From contig OZ252098.1 in assembly GCA_965248355.1 (NCBI GenBank), positions 2,016,001 through 2,080,000 on the forward strand: 64,000 bases of DNA, read 5' to 3'. Shown one piece after another: positions 37,978 through 47,875 of the stretch. The notes beneath the pieces are model-generated. The model did not search any database. It was not told where the DNA came from and saw only the letters and a list, made by a program, of their open reading frames with translations. The DNA is from Candidatus Latescibacterota bacterium. Its GTDB lineage: Bacteria > Latescibacterota > UBA2968 > UBA8231. A program made the translations under genes and the position numbers. Within the stretch, counting starts at the first letter, position 1, and each line of letters begins with the position of its first letter.

Positions 37978-40413
37978 ATGTCGATCGTGCCCCTGGTCAT
38001 GAGTGACGAAGAGTTGCTGAACGCCCTCGACCCGGACCACCCCGGCCTGGAGGCGGTCCGGCAGGCCCGCGCGGCCGGGGACCCGGGCGCCGCGAGGACG
38101 GAGCTGGTGCGCTGGTTCCGCCGGCGCGGCGACGGCGGCTCCGGTCCCCACGGAGGATCCGAAGATCAGCCCGAGGCCGTCTCGGAACGCGGCGAGGAGC
38201 TGTGCCGGGATCTCTCCGGCCGCGACTGGCTCTCGGTGCCCCACCCGGAGGAAATCCCCGAGCGCCTGCACAGCACCCAGGTCATGGGGCTCAACGACCA
38301 CGGCGAGTTCGCCGCCCTGGCGCAGGAGTACGCGGATACGGGCAACCACCGCTACGCCCGCGAGTGCGTGGCCCGCATGCTGGAGTGGATCGAGGCCAAC
38401 GGGCCGCTGCCGGATCGCCCTCCCACCGGCCCCACCGGCGCCTACTGGCGCACCATCTTCTACACCCTCCCCCGCACCGCCAACTGGACCCGCTGCCTGG
38501 AGCTGCTGCGCCACTGTCCGGCCGTGACCGAGGAGGAGCTGATCACGCTGGTCAAGGTGATCCTCCATCACCTGCGCTACGCCGCCGGCAACCAGGTGCC
38601 GGGCATGCCCAACATGATCGCCCATCTCCACGAGCAGCTCATCGGCCTCGGGGAGCAGTGGCCGGAGTTCGCCGAGTCACGCGGCTGGACCCGAACCGGG
38701 CTGGAGGGGCTCCGGGCCCTGCTGGACGACTACTTCTACCCGGACGGCGCCTACATCGAGCTGTGCTACTTCGCCCACGAGAGCTTCACCCGCGTCCTGC
38801 AGCGGGGCGAGCGGGGCGAGATCGAGCTGCCGCCGGGGTTCCGCGAGAAGGTGGACGGCATCTTCGACTTCCCCGCCTACATGGTGAAGCCCAACGGCAG
38901 CTATCCCTCGGTCAACGACAACTACTCCGCCCAGGATGCCGAGAACCTCCCCGAGAGGCGCGGCGGACTGATCGAGCTCGGCGTGGAGATCACGGGGCGG
39001 CCCGACCTGCGCTACATCGAGTCCTTCGGCGCCGATGGCACACCCCCGCCTTGGACCTCTCGCCCCTTCCCTTACGCCGGGTTCTACGTGATGCGCTCCG
39101 ACTGGTCCGCCGAGGCCCGCTACCTGGTCTTCGACGGCGGCCGCAGCGCCGGCGGACACAACCACGTGGACAAGCTCAGCTTCGAGCTCTACGCCTACGG
39201 CAACACCCTGGTCACCGACAGCGGTTGCGCGGGGCCCTGGGCCTCGGCCTGGCGCAGCGAGTACTTCGTCGGCCCGGCGGGCCACAACACGATCATGGTC
39301 GACGGCCGCGGCCAGGTGGCCGGCCTCCCCCTCTTCGAGATCCCCTCCCTCCGCGGGCGCACATCGTGGCGCCAGATCGCCCCCGAGCCGCTGCCCAACA
39401 CCTGGGTGAGCGGCCGCCGTTTCGACTACGCCGGCAGCCGCTACGAGGACGGATACGCCACCTACGGCTCGGAGCAGAGCCGGCGGCGCGGATTCGCCTA
39501 CGAGAGCAAGCGCGTCGACAGCGACGAGCGCATGCAGCCCTGGACGCGGAGCCAGGGCGGCGACCTGCAGGTGCCGCCCCACAAGCGCGTGTTCGTCGAC
39601 CACGACCGCCGGATCCTGTTCGTCAAGCCCGACTACTGGATCCTCTCCGACCGGCTCCTCGGCAGGGGCCGGCACAAGGCCGAATCGATGTTCCACTTCC
39701 AGGCGTCGGCCACGGCCCGCGTCGAGCCCGGGGACGGCTCGGTGCGCACCGTGAACGGCCGGGCCGGCCTGGTCATCCTGCCCGCCCCGGGGCCGGAACT
39801 GGAGGCGCGCATCGTCAAGGGTCAGGAGGATCCCCTGCAGGGGTGGGTGCCGGCCGGCTGGGGCCAGCACCGTCCATCGCCGGCGGCCATCTACTCGGTG
39901 GAGGAAGAGCTGCCTCTCGCCGTGGACATGGTGCTCTATCCCCACCCCGGGGACAGGGCCCCGGCGGTGGCGGTGGAGCGGCTGCAGGTGGAGGAAGAGG
40001 GGGAGCCGGTCCCGACCTGGCAGGCGTCCGCCCTGTGCGTGCACGTCGACGACCGGCGGGACTGGTTCCTCGCCTCCCACGAGCGCCGCGCCCTGCGCAT
40101 CGCCGGACCGCTGGTGAGCGACGGCGACCTCGCGCTGGTGCGCTGCGACGGGGAGGGGCGTCCTTCGCAGCTATCTCTGATCAACGGCAGCTACGTCAGC
40201 CTGGAGGGCCGCCTCCTCGTGGCCGCCGAGGAGACCTTCCCGCGCCTGGAACTGTCCTGGGAGGACGAGGCGCTGAGGGTGGATGCCGACCACCCGGTGG
40301 GGGCGGACGTGTGGGCGGGAGGCGCGCGGCGGGTGGTCATCGGCGAGGGGGAGGCGCGGGCCGTTCAGCCGGCGGATGATCGAATCGCGATCTTCGAGGA
40401 CTGGCTGGATTGA
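37978..40413 (+). CDS. Heparinase II/III family polysaccharide lyase-like protein
   Basis: Helical N-domain (YPDGAYIE), FPYAGFYVMRSDW, GGHNHVDKLSFELYAYG, GHNTIMVDG, GQEDPLQGWV. Confidence 0.88.
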   Translation: MSIVPLVMSDEELLNALDPDHPGLEAVRQARAAGDPGAARTELVRWFRRRGDGGSGPHGGSEDQPEAVSERGEELCRDLSGRDWLSVPHPEEIPERLHSTQVMGLNDHGEFAALAQEYADTGNHRYARECVARMLEWIEANGPLPDRPPTGPTGAYWRTIFYTLPRTANWTRCLELLRHCPAVTEEELITLVKVILHHLRYAAGNQVPGMPNMIAHLHEQLIGLGEQWPEFAESRGWTRTGLEGLRALLDDYFYPDGAYIELCYFAHESFTRVLQRGERGEIELPPGFREKVDGIFDFPAYMVKPNGSYPSVNDNYSAQDAENLPERRGGLIELGVEITGRPDLRYIESFGADGTPPPWTSRPFPYAGFYVMRSDWSAEARYLVFDGGRSAGGHNHVDKLSFELYAYGNTLVTDSGCAGPWASAWRSEYFVGPAGHNTIMVDGRGQVAGLPLFEIPSLRGRTSWRQIAPEPLPNTWVSGRRFDYAGSRYEDGYATYGSEQSRRRGFAYESKRVDSDERMQPWTRSQGGDLQVPPHKRVFVDHDRRILFVKPDYWILSDRLLGRGRHKAESMFHFQASATARVEPGDGSVRTVNGRAGLVILPAPGPELEARIVKGQEDPLQGWVPAGWGQHRPSPAAIYSVEEELPLAVDMVLYPHPGDRAPAVAVERLQVEEEGEPVPTWQASALCVHVDDRRDWFLASHERRALRIAGPLVSDGDLALVRCDGEGRPSQLSLINGSYVSLEGRLLVAAEETFPRLELSWEDEALRVDADHPVGADVWAGGARRVVIGEGEARAVQPADDRIAIFEDWLD

Positions 40414-40591
40414 GGAGTAGGGAGATGCCCCTTTCGCAGAAAGAGAGCTGGATTCTTCGTCCGAAGGAAAGAGAAGTGAAGGGTCCAAAACCAATTCGTT
40501 AATCCAAACTATTGGGTCAATGCCGCCATGGAATGCGCAACATTACACTCCAAAACAACCGCACTCGACGATGGTTCGGGTGCAATCTCCT

Positions 40592-40987
40592 TCATTCGAC
40601 AAAGGGCTCCCACAAGTTGACTTGGTACTCGCTTCCATCGGGCCTCTGCCTCGTTCCGTGGACCAAGACCCACGTCTTCCCGAACTCGGTATCAAGTAGA
40701 AAGGTGTGACGAGCTGCCAGCCCAGAAGTGAAAATCTGATAGCGCGGTTTCGATGGCCTGAAGATTATCGGGAGGTCCATGATCTCCATGGGTTCCCAAG
40801 CATTTCTGTCGTCCGGAGTCTTGACAAGCTGAGATACCTGTCCTGTGAAACGGTCCAGTCGAAATGTCCACTTTGCTGCCAACTGCGACTGAACGATCTC
40901 AAATCTGGCGCTCGTCGGAGGCGTCGTGCTTCGATGAGGAGATACCTGTTGCGAGCTCGCTAGATGAGGCGAAAAAAAGGATAACAA
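40592..40987 (-). CDS. Hypothetical secreted protein with internal repeat, low GC
   Basis: RFEIVQSQLAAKWTFRLDRFTGQV / RYQIFTSGLAARHTFLLDTEFGKT duplicated motif; start region ambiguous. Confidence 0.6.
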   Translation of the reverse strand: MLSFFSPHLASSQQVSPHRSTTPPTSARFEIVQSQLAAKWTFRLDRFTGQVSQLVKTPDDRNAWEPMEIMDLPIIFRPSKPRYQIFTSGLAARHTFLLDTEFGKTWVLVHGTRQRPDGSEYQVNLWEPFVE

Positions 40988-41131
40988 CTAAAGAAAGCGC
41001 GGAATCTCATGGTCACAGTCCTCTCGTTCGATGCTTCAAGTCTTGGCAATGTGTCCTACGCTGGAGCTACCCCCGTACGGTGGAGGGTTAAGTGCTTTCG
41101 GCAGGTACGGCCGATTGAGGCCGTTGTAAAG

Positions 41132-41811
41132 TGGTGGTCCCCTGCACAGAGCCTGGGTGGAGTACGGGGTTCCGGTCTCGCGCCACGGCTGGGTGCGAGA
41201 GACCGGGTGAGCGGGTGGACACCGGCTCGCCCCGGGGGGGGCCCCGGGGGGGCCAGGGAAGGCACGGGAGCGGCGGCTTCACGGCGATTCGGCCGCATCA
41301 GGCGACCCGGCGTTCGAAGTTCATTCATCGGCGATTCGTAGTTGAGGGCCGAGTGACGGCGATGAGACGGTTGTACCAAGCCTCGATGTAGTCGAAGATC
41401 TCCCGGCGGGCGACCTCATGGGTCGGGAAGCAGCGGCGGTCGAGCAGCTCACACTCGAGGGTGGCGAGGAAGTTCTCACACAGCGCATTGTCGTAGCCGT
41501 CGCCGACCGAGCCCGCCGACGGCCGCACCCCGGCCTCCCGACAACGGCGCCCGAAGGCCAGCGACGAATACTGATACCCCCTGGTCCGAGTGATGGATCA
41601 CCCCCTCCGGACGACGTTTGCCAGAGCGCCATGTCCAACGCCTGCACGACCAGCTCCGTACGCAGGTGAGAGGCCATGGCCCAACCCACGACGCGTCGGC
41701 TCCAGGCGTCCAGGACCACGGCCAGATACAGAAATCCGGACCACGTCGGCACGGAGGACATCCTCCTTTCACCCAAAATATCGGGATGTCCACCAAATGG
41801 GGGGAACTCCA
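41132..41811 (-). mobile_element. Internally deleted IS3-family element (non-autonomous remnant)
   Basis: Left end TGGAGTTCCCCCCATTTGGTGGACA at 41811; frameshifted integrase core FLYLAVVLDAWSRRVVGWAM, HHSDQG, YDNALCE, YIEAWYN, HSALNYESP; probable right end TGGTGGTCCCC at 41132. Confidence 0.85.
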
Positions 41812-42190
41812 CCCCCGTGCACCGCCTCGACCGCGGACGAAGCTGGTCGCCGTGACCGTCATGATGACCGTCGCTCTCGGCTCCCGCGGCCTGGCGCCGG
41901 TCTGCGCCTTCGGCCTCTTCGTCCTCTTCGCCGCGGGGCTGTCCCGGCTGCCGCCGGCGCTGCTGGCGCGCAACTTGCGGTCCTTCCTGTGGCTGCTTGT
42001 GATCACCGCCCCTCCACGCCTTCAACACGCCGGGCGAGCCGCTGTGGCGCGTGCCCTGGCTCGACCTGCAGACCACGCGCGAAGGACTGCAGTCCGCGGC
42101 CCTCTTCACCCTGCGGCTGGCGACGGTGGTGACCGCCGCGGCGCTGCTCACGCTCACCACCTCGCCCCTGGAGCTGACCGACGGCCTGGA
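41812..42190 (+). repeat. Diverged partial copy of ecfT 5' region (about 43236-43617), frameshifted
   Basis: Direct sequence comparison; small deletions near 41832 and 42010. Confidence 0.92.
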
Positions 42191-42191
42191 G

Positions 42192-42361
42192 CTGGAACTG
42201 TCCTGGGAGGGGGATACGCTACAGGTGGACGCCGGCCACCCGGTGGGGGCGGACCTGTGGGCCGGCGGCACCCGGCGGGTGATCGTCGGGGAGGGGGAGA
42301 CGATGGCCATTCGGCCGGTGGATGATCGAATCGGGATCTTCGAGGACTGGCTGGACTGAGG
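42192..42361 (+). repeat. Diverged copy of the heparinase-like gene 3' end (about 40246-40415)
   Basis: LELSWEGDTLQVDAGHPVG..IFEDWLD vs LELSWEDEALRVDADHPVG..IFEDWLD, 40/55 aa identical, same stop position. Confidence 0.92.
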
Positions 42362-42429
42362 GTGCTCAATCGGCGGGCGGGCATGGTGAAGCGTCCACCT
42401 CCCCTGCCGAGGCTTACCTGCCGCCGTTG

Positions 42430-42461
42430 TGATATTGCATATTATGTCATATCGTATATGA
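42430..42461 (+). promoter_or_regulatory. AT-rich promoter/operator with two palindromes upstream of TA operon
   Basis: TGATAT-TGC-ATATTA and TCATAT-CGT-ATATGA directly before ATG 42466. Confidence 0.6.
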
Positions 42462-42465
42462 TACT

Positions 42466-42888
42466 ATGCGTTTGGCCTTGGACACCAATGTCGTCGTCGC
42501 GGGTCTGCGCAGCCCGACCGGAGCCTCGGCCGCCCTGATCGATCGAGCCCTGAGCCGGCAGTTCGAGTTGGTACTCTCGGTGGCGCTTGCACTCGAATAC
42601 GAGGCCGTATGCCAAGACCCGGGCCAACGCATCGTTTCGGGCCTCAGCGAGGCCGAGGTAGCAATGATCATCTCCGCGCTCTGCGCGGTCGCGGACCCCG
42701 TACAGACGCGGTTTCTGTGGCGTCCGCAACTCAGCGATCCGGCCGACGAGATGGTGCTCGAAGCCGCCATCAACGGCAAGGCAGATGCCTTGATCACCTT
42801 CAACCGAAGAGACTTCGGCGATGCCCCGGGACGCTTCGGGATTGCCCTGCTATCGCCCCAACAGGCTTTGAGGAGAACATCGGAATGA
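42466..42888 (+). CDS. PIN-domain toxin (putative TA toxin component)
   Basis: LDTNVVVAGL, LEYE, DPADEMVLEAA, ITFN.RDF. Confidence 0.9.
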   Translation: MRLALDTNVVVAGLRSPTGASAALIDRALSRQFELVLSVALALEYEAVCQDPGQRIVSGLSEAEVAMIISALCAVADPVQTRFLWRPQLSDPADEMVLEAAINGKADALITFNRRDFGDAPGRFGIALLSPQQALRRTSE

Positions 42889-43148
42889 GCAAAGGAAACA
42901 GCACTTACCTGTTGCGGCTGCCCGCCTCCCTGAAGGCAGCGGTCGCGGATATCAGCAAGGAAGACGGCACGAGCATCAATCAGTTCGTCACCACGGCCGT
43001 CGCCGAAAAGGTCGCTGCCATGAAGACCGCGGAGTTCTTCACCGCACGCGGCGTCGAGGCCGACATCGAGGCGGCACGCCGACTGCTGCGACGTAACGGG
43101 GGCCAGCCACCGGAGCCTGATGATGCCATGGACATGCAAACAGCTTGA
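42885..43148 (+). CDS. Ribbon-helix-helix (HicB-like) antitoxin
   Basis: YLLRLPASLK....S.EDGTSINQFV..AVAEK; ATGA overlap with toxin. Confidence 0.85.
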   Translation: MSKGNSTYLLRLPASLKAAVADISKEDGTSINQFVTTAVAEKVAAMKTAEFFTARGVEADIEAARRLLRRNGGQPPEPDDAMDMQTA

Positions 43149-43186
43149 GTGATCCCGCACTGACCTCGCCCCACCCACCCTGACCC

Positions 43187-43990
43187 GTGCCGCTCCTCGG
43201 CAACATCGCCCTCGGCCGGTACGTCGCCGGCGACTCCCCTCTGCACCGCCTCGACCCGCGCACCAAGCTGGTCACCATCGCCGCGATGATGACCGTCGCT
43301 CTCGGCTCCCGCGGGCTGGCGCCGGTCTGCGCCTTCGGCCTCTTCGTCCTCTTCGCCGCCGGGATGTCCCGGCTGCCGCCGGCGCTGCTGGCGCGCAACC
43401 TGCGGTCCTTCCTGTGGCTGCTGGTGATCACCGCCCTCCTCCACGCCTTCAACACCCCGGGGCAGCCGCTGTGGCGCGTGCCCTGGCTCGACCTGCAGAC
43501 AACGCGCGAAGGACTGCAGTCGGCGGCCCTCTTCACCCTGCGGCTGGCGACGGTGGTGACCGCCGCGGCGCTGCTCACGCTCACCACCTCTCCCCTGGAG
43601 CTGACCGATGGCCTGGAACGGCTGCTGCGGCCGCTGCGCCGGCTGCGGGTCCCGTCCCACGAGCTGGCCATGACGATCTCCATCGCCCTGCGCTTCATCC
43701 CGGTCCTGGCCGAGGAGGCCGAGCGCCTGCAGAAGGCGCAGATGGCCCGCGGCGCCGAGTTCAGCGGCGGTCCGGTGCGCCGCGCCCGCAAGCTCGTGCC
43801 CCTGCTGCTGCCGCTGTTCGTGTCGGCCTTCGCCCGGGCCGACCGCCTGGCCGTGGCCATGGAGGCCCGCGGCTACCGCGGCGAGGGCCGCACCAGCTAC
43901 CGGGAGCTGCGCCTGGGCCGCCTCGACGCCGCCGCAGCGCTGTTGTCGGTGGGGGCGGCCGGGGTCATCCTGTTGGCGGGCCGGCTGTGA
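43187..43990 (+). CDS. ecfT: Energy-coupling factor transporter transmembrane component T
   Basis: LGRY..GDSPLHRLDPRTK, LTLTTSP, IALRFIP, AQMARG, AMEARGY. Confidence 0.93.
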   Translation: MPLLGNIALGRYVAGDSPLHRLDPRTKLVTIAAMMTVALGSRGLAPVCAFGLFVLFAAGMSRLPPALLARNLRSFLWLLVITALLHAFNTPGQPLWRVPWLDLQTTREGLQSAALFTLRLATVVTAAALLTLTTSPLELTDGLERLLRPLRRLRVPSHELAMTISIALRFIPVLAEEAERLQKAQMARGAEFSGGPVRRARKLVPLLLPLFVSAFARADRLAVAMEARGYRGEGRTSYRELRLGRLDAAAALLSVGAAGVILLAGRL

Positions 43991-44793
43991 GCCAGGCCTC
44001 TCCCGGGCGGCGAACCCTGCGTCTGGACCTGGAATACGACGGCTCCGGCTTCGTGGGCTGGCAGGCCCAGGCCCGGGGACGGACCGTGCAGGGGACGCTG
44101 GAGACGGCCCTGCGCACCCTGCTGCGGGAGGAGGTCACGCCGGTGGGCTCGGGCCGCACCGACGCCGGCACCCATGCCCTCGGCCAGGTGGCCCATGCCC
44201 ACGTCCGGTCCTCCATGGAGGCCGGCCGCATCCACCGGGGGCTGAACGCCCTGCTGCCCGAGGACGTGGCCGTCCTCCAGGTGCGGGACGTGGCCGCCGG
44301 CTTCCACGCCCGCTACAGCGCCCTGGCCAAGCGCTACCGCTACCGCATCGACACGGTGCGCCGCGCCCTGGGCCGGAACGCCGTGTGGACGCTGCCGCGG
44401 CATCTCGACCTGGAACCGATGGCCGCGGCGGCGGCGGGCCTGAGAGGCGCCCTCGACTTCCGTGCCTTCTGCAAGGCCGACCCGCCGCCGGCGAGCTACA
44501 GCTGCCGGATCGACGCCGCCGAGTGGCGCCGGGCAGGGACCTGCTGGACCTTCGAGATCGAGGCCGACCGCTTCCTGCGCCACATGGTGCGGGCCCTCGT
44601 GGGCACCCTGGTCGAGGTCGGCCAGGGGCGGCTCGGCCCGCCGCAGTTCCTGAACCTGCTCCAGGGCGCCGACCGCGCCCTCGCCGGCGCCACCGCCCCG
44701 GCCCGGGGTCTGTGCCTGCTGCGCGTGCGCTACCCGGAGGAGCTGGGCGGCGCCTCCGGCCCCGAGCCCCTTGAGACCCCCCCGGCTCTTTAG
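43987..44793 (+). CDS. truA: tRNA pseudouridine(38-40) synthase
   Basis: EYDGSGFVGWQ, SGRTDAGTHA.GQVA, FHARYSA, FLRHMVR, TAPARGL. Confidence 0.96.
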   Translation: MSQASPGRRTLRLDLEYDGSGFVGWQAQARGRTVQGTLETALRTLLREEVTPVGSGRTDAGTHALGQVAHAHVRSSMEAGRIHRGLNALLPEDVAVLQVRDVAAGFHARYSALAKRYRYRIDTVRRALGRNAVWTLPRHLDLEPMAAAAAGLRGALDFRAFCKADPPPASYSCRIDAAEWRRAGTCWTFEIEADRFLRHMVRALVGTLVEVGQGRLGPPQFLNLLQGADRALAGATAPARGLCLLRVRYPEELGGASGPEPLETPPAL

Positions 44794-44812
44794 CAGGTTA
44801 GTCACAGCCCCC

Positions 44813-45916
<1,104 letters not shown>

Positions 45917-46552
45917 ATGGCCCGTGAGGGGATCCCCTTCGTGGCCGCCGGCCTGCTGCTGAGCGCGGCCTGCTGGTACGCCCGGCAATGGAATCCCGCC
46001 CTGGCCTTCGGGTCGGCGGTCTTCGGTCTCGCCGCGGCTTTCATGGTGTTCTTCTTCCGGGATCCGCGCCGGCGGGCGCCTGGGCAGCCCGGCGCCGTCG
46101 TCTCCGCCGCCGACGGCCGGGTGGTCTCCGTCGCGCAGCTGGCGCACGACGAGTACCTCGAGGGGCCGGCCACGCGCATCAGCGTCTTCCTGTCGGTCTT
46201 CAACGTGCACGTGAACCGCGTCCCCCACGAGGGCGAGGTCGACTTCGTCGACCGGCGCTCCGGGCGCTACCGGGTCGCCTACGCCGAGCAGGCCTCCGAG
46301 GACAACGAGCAGAGCGTGATCGGGATCCGCAGCGGAGACCACCGGCTCGTGGTCAAGCAGATCGTGGGCATCCTCGCCCGCCGCATCGCCTGCCGCCTGG
46401 TGCCCGGCCAGCAGGTGCGCAGGGGGGAGCGTTTCGGCCTGATCCGCTTCGGCTCGAGGGTCGACCTCATCCTCCCGGAGTCCGCCCGGATCCAGGTCTC
46501 GGTGGGCGACCGGGTACGGGGCGGCGAAACCGTCATGGGAATCCTCGCGTGA
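45917..46552 (+). CDS. psd: Phosphatidylserine decarboxylase proenzyme
   Basis: FFRDP, SAADG, FLSVFNVHVNR, RFGSRVD cleavage motif. Confidence 0.95.
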   Translation: MAREGIPFVAAGLLLSAACWYARQWNPALAFGSAVFGLAAAFMVFFFRDPRRRAPGQPGAVVSAADGRVVSVAQLAHDEYLEGPATRISVFLSVFNVHVNRVPHEGEVDFVDRRSGRYRVAYAEQASEDNEQSVIGIRSGDHRLVVKQIVGILARRIACRLVPGQQVRRGERFGLIRFGSRVDLILPESARIQVSVGDRVRGGETVMGILA

Positions 46553-47262
46553 TCAACCTCGGCCTCATTCCCAACCTGTTCACCGTGGGCAACCTGTTCT
46601 GCGGCTTCCTGGCGTTGCGCTACATCGTCGAGGGGAACTACGTGCCCGCCGCCTGGCTGATCGTGCTCGCCAGCGCCCTCGACAACATGGACGGACGCCT
46701 CGCCCGCTACATGGGCCGGGATTCGCGGTTCGGCATCGAGTTCGACTCCCTCGCCGATGTGTGCACCTTCGGCGTCGTCCCCGCCTTCATGCTCTATCAC
46801 AGCCTCGTGCCCACCGGGTGGGGGGCCGCCCTGGCTTCGGTCTTCCTTCTGTGCGGCGCCCTGCGCCTGGCGCGCTTCAACGTCATGAGCCAGGACAGCG
46901 GCAAGGGCGATTCCTTCACCGGGCTGCCGATCCCCTCCGCCGCCATCGCCCTGAGCCAGTACATCGTGTTCACCGAGCACTCCTGGGCGACGGCCCACGC
47001 CGCCCACCTCGGCGTGGTCCTCACCTTGGGCCTGGCCACCCTGATGATCAGCCGCCTCGAGTACGACGCCATGCCCAGCTTCCGATCGGGCGGGCTCCGC
47101 GACCGCTGCAAGCAGGTCTTCCTCGTCGTCGCCGTGGCCCTCGTCGTCCATCCGGCCACCTCGAAGGACTTCTTCTTTCCCCTCGCGCTGATCTACCTGC
47201 TCTCCGGGCTCTACCGCTGGGTCGCCGGTCTGTTCAGCGACGAGGTGACGCAGCACGCCTGA
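46549..47262 (+). CDS. pssA: CDP-diacylglycerol--serine O-phosphatidyltransferase
   Basis: PNLFT.GN, DNMDGRLAR...SRFG.EFDSLAD, LRLARFN, FTGLP.P. Confidence 0.93.
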   Translation: MINLGLIPNLFTVGNLFCGFLALRYIVEGNYVPAAWLIVLASALDNMDGRLARYMGRDSRFGIEFDSLADVCTFGVVPAFMLYHSLVPTGWGAALASVFLLCGALRLARFNVMSQDSGKGDSFTGLPIPSAAIALSQYIVFTEHSWATAHAAHLGVVLTLGLATLMISRLEYDAMPSFRSGGLRDRCKQVFLVVAVALVVHPATSKDFFFPLALIYLLSGLYRWVAGLFSDEVTQHA

Positions 47263-47277
47263 AAGGGAAAGCGGCCG

Positions 47278-47559
47278 ATGCTCAGAGACAAGCCGGTCAG
47301 TCACCTCGCTCTCATCCTTCTGATCAGCGCCATCAGCGGGAGCGTCCTCGGCGAGTCCCTGCGCCTCATCCTGCGGTTCGTCGCCGGCGAGAGCAGCATC
47401 GTGGAGCGGGCCCTGCTGGATTTCTTCCGCTACGAGATCGGACCCCACCGCCTCGATCTGATCATCCTCTCCTTCCAGTTCGAGCTGGGCCTGAGCTTCA
47501 ACGTCATCACCTTGCTCGGCATCTTCGCGGGCTGGTACTACTTCAAGTATTCCTACTGA
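47278..47559 (+). CDS. Small membrane protein (DUF4321-like)
   Basis: GSVLGE...LDLIILSFQF.LGLSFN..TLLG pattern. Confidence 0.65.
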   Translation: MLRDKPVSHLALILLISAISGSVLGESLRLILRFVAGESSIVERALLDFFRYEIGPHRLDLIILSFQFELGLSFNVITLLGIFAGWYYFKYSY

Positions 47560-47578
47560 AATCCCTGGAGAACCGATC

Positions 47579-47875
47579 ATGTTTCCGAGTCACTGGGAAT
47601 TGCTGATCATCTTCCTCGTGGTCCTGCTCTTGTTCGGGGCCAAGCGCATCCCGGAGATGGCCCGGGGCCTGGGCAAGGGAATCCGCGAGTTCCGCGGCGC
47701 CGTGAAGGACGTGCAGGACGAGGTCGAGACCGCGGGCCGGGGCGAAACCCCGAACCGCATTGCGTCCCCCCCCTCCGGCCAGGTGGCCCGGGAGACCGGC
47801 GCCGCGCCGGACCAGGCCGCCCCTCCCTCCGACGAGCAGGGCGCCTCTCCGGCGCGGGAAGAGGCCCGCAGCTGA
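47579..47875 (+). CDS. tatA: Twin-arginine translocase TatA
   Basis: [33 protein letters not shown]. Confidence 0.95.
   Translation: MFPSHWELLIIFLVVLLLFGAKRIPEMARGLGKGIREFRGAVKDVQDEVETAGRGETPNRIASPPSGQVARETGAAPDQAAPPSDEQGASPAREEARS

Noticed and set aside
40426..40503. Short ORF MPLSQKESWILRPKEREVKGPKPIR after a GGAG
   Set aside because: 25 aa with no recognisable motif; cannot be supported as a gene
41812..43617. ecfT and heparinase partial duplicates as a diversity-generating retroelement or integron
   Set aside because: Mismatches are mostly synonymous or indels rather than A-specific; no RT, integrase or attC sites seen
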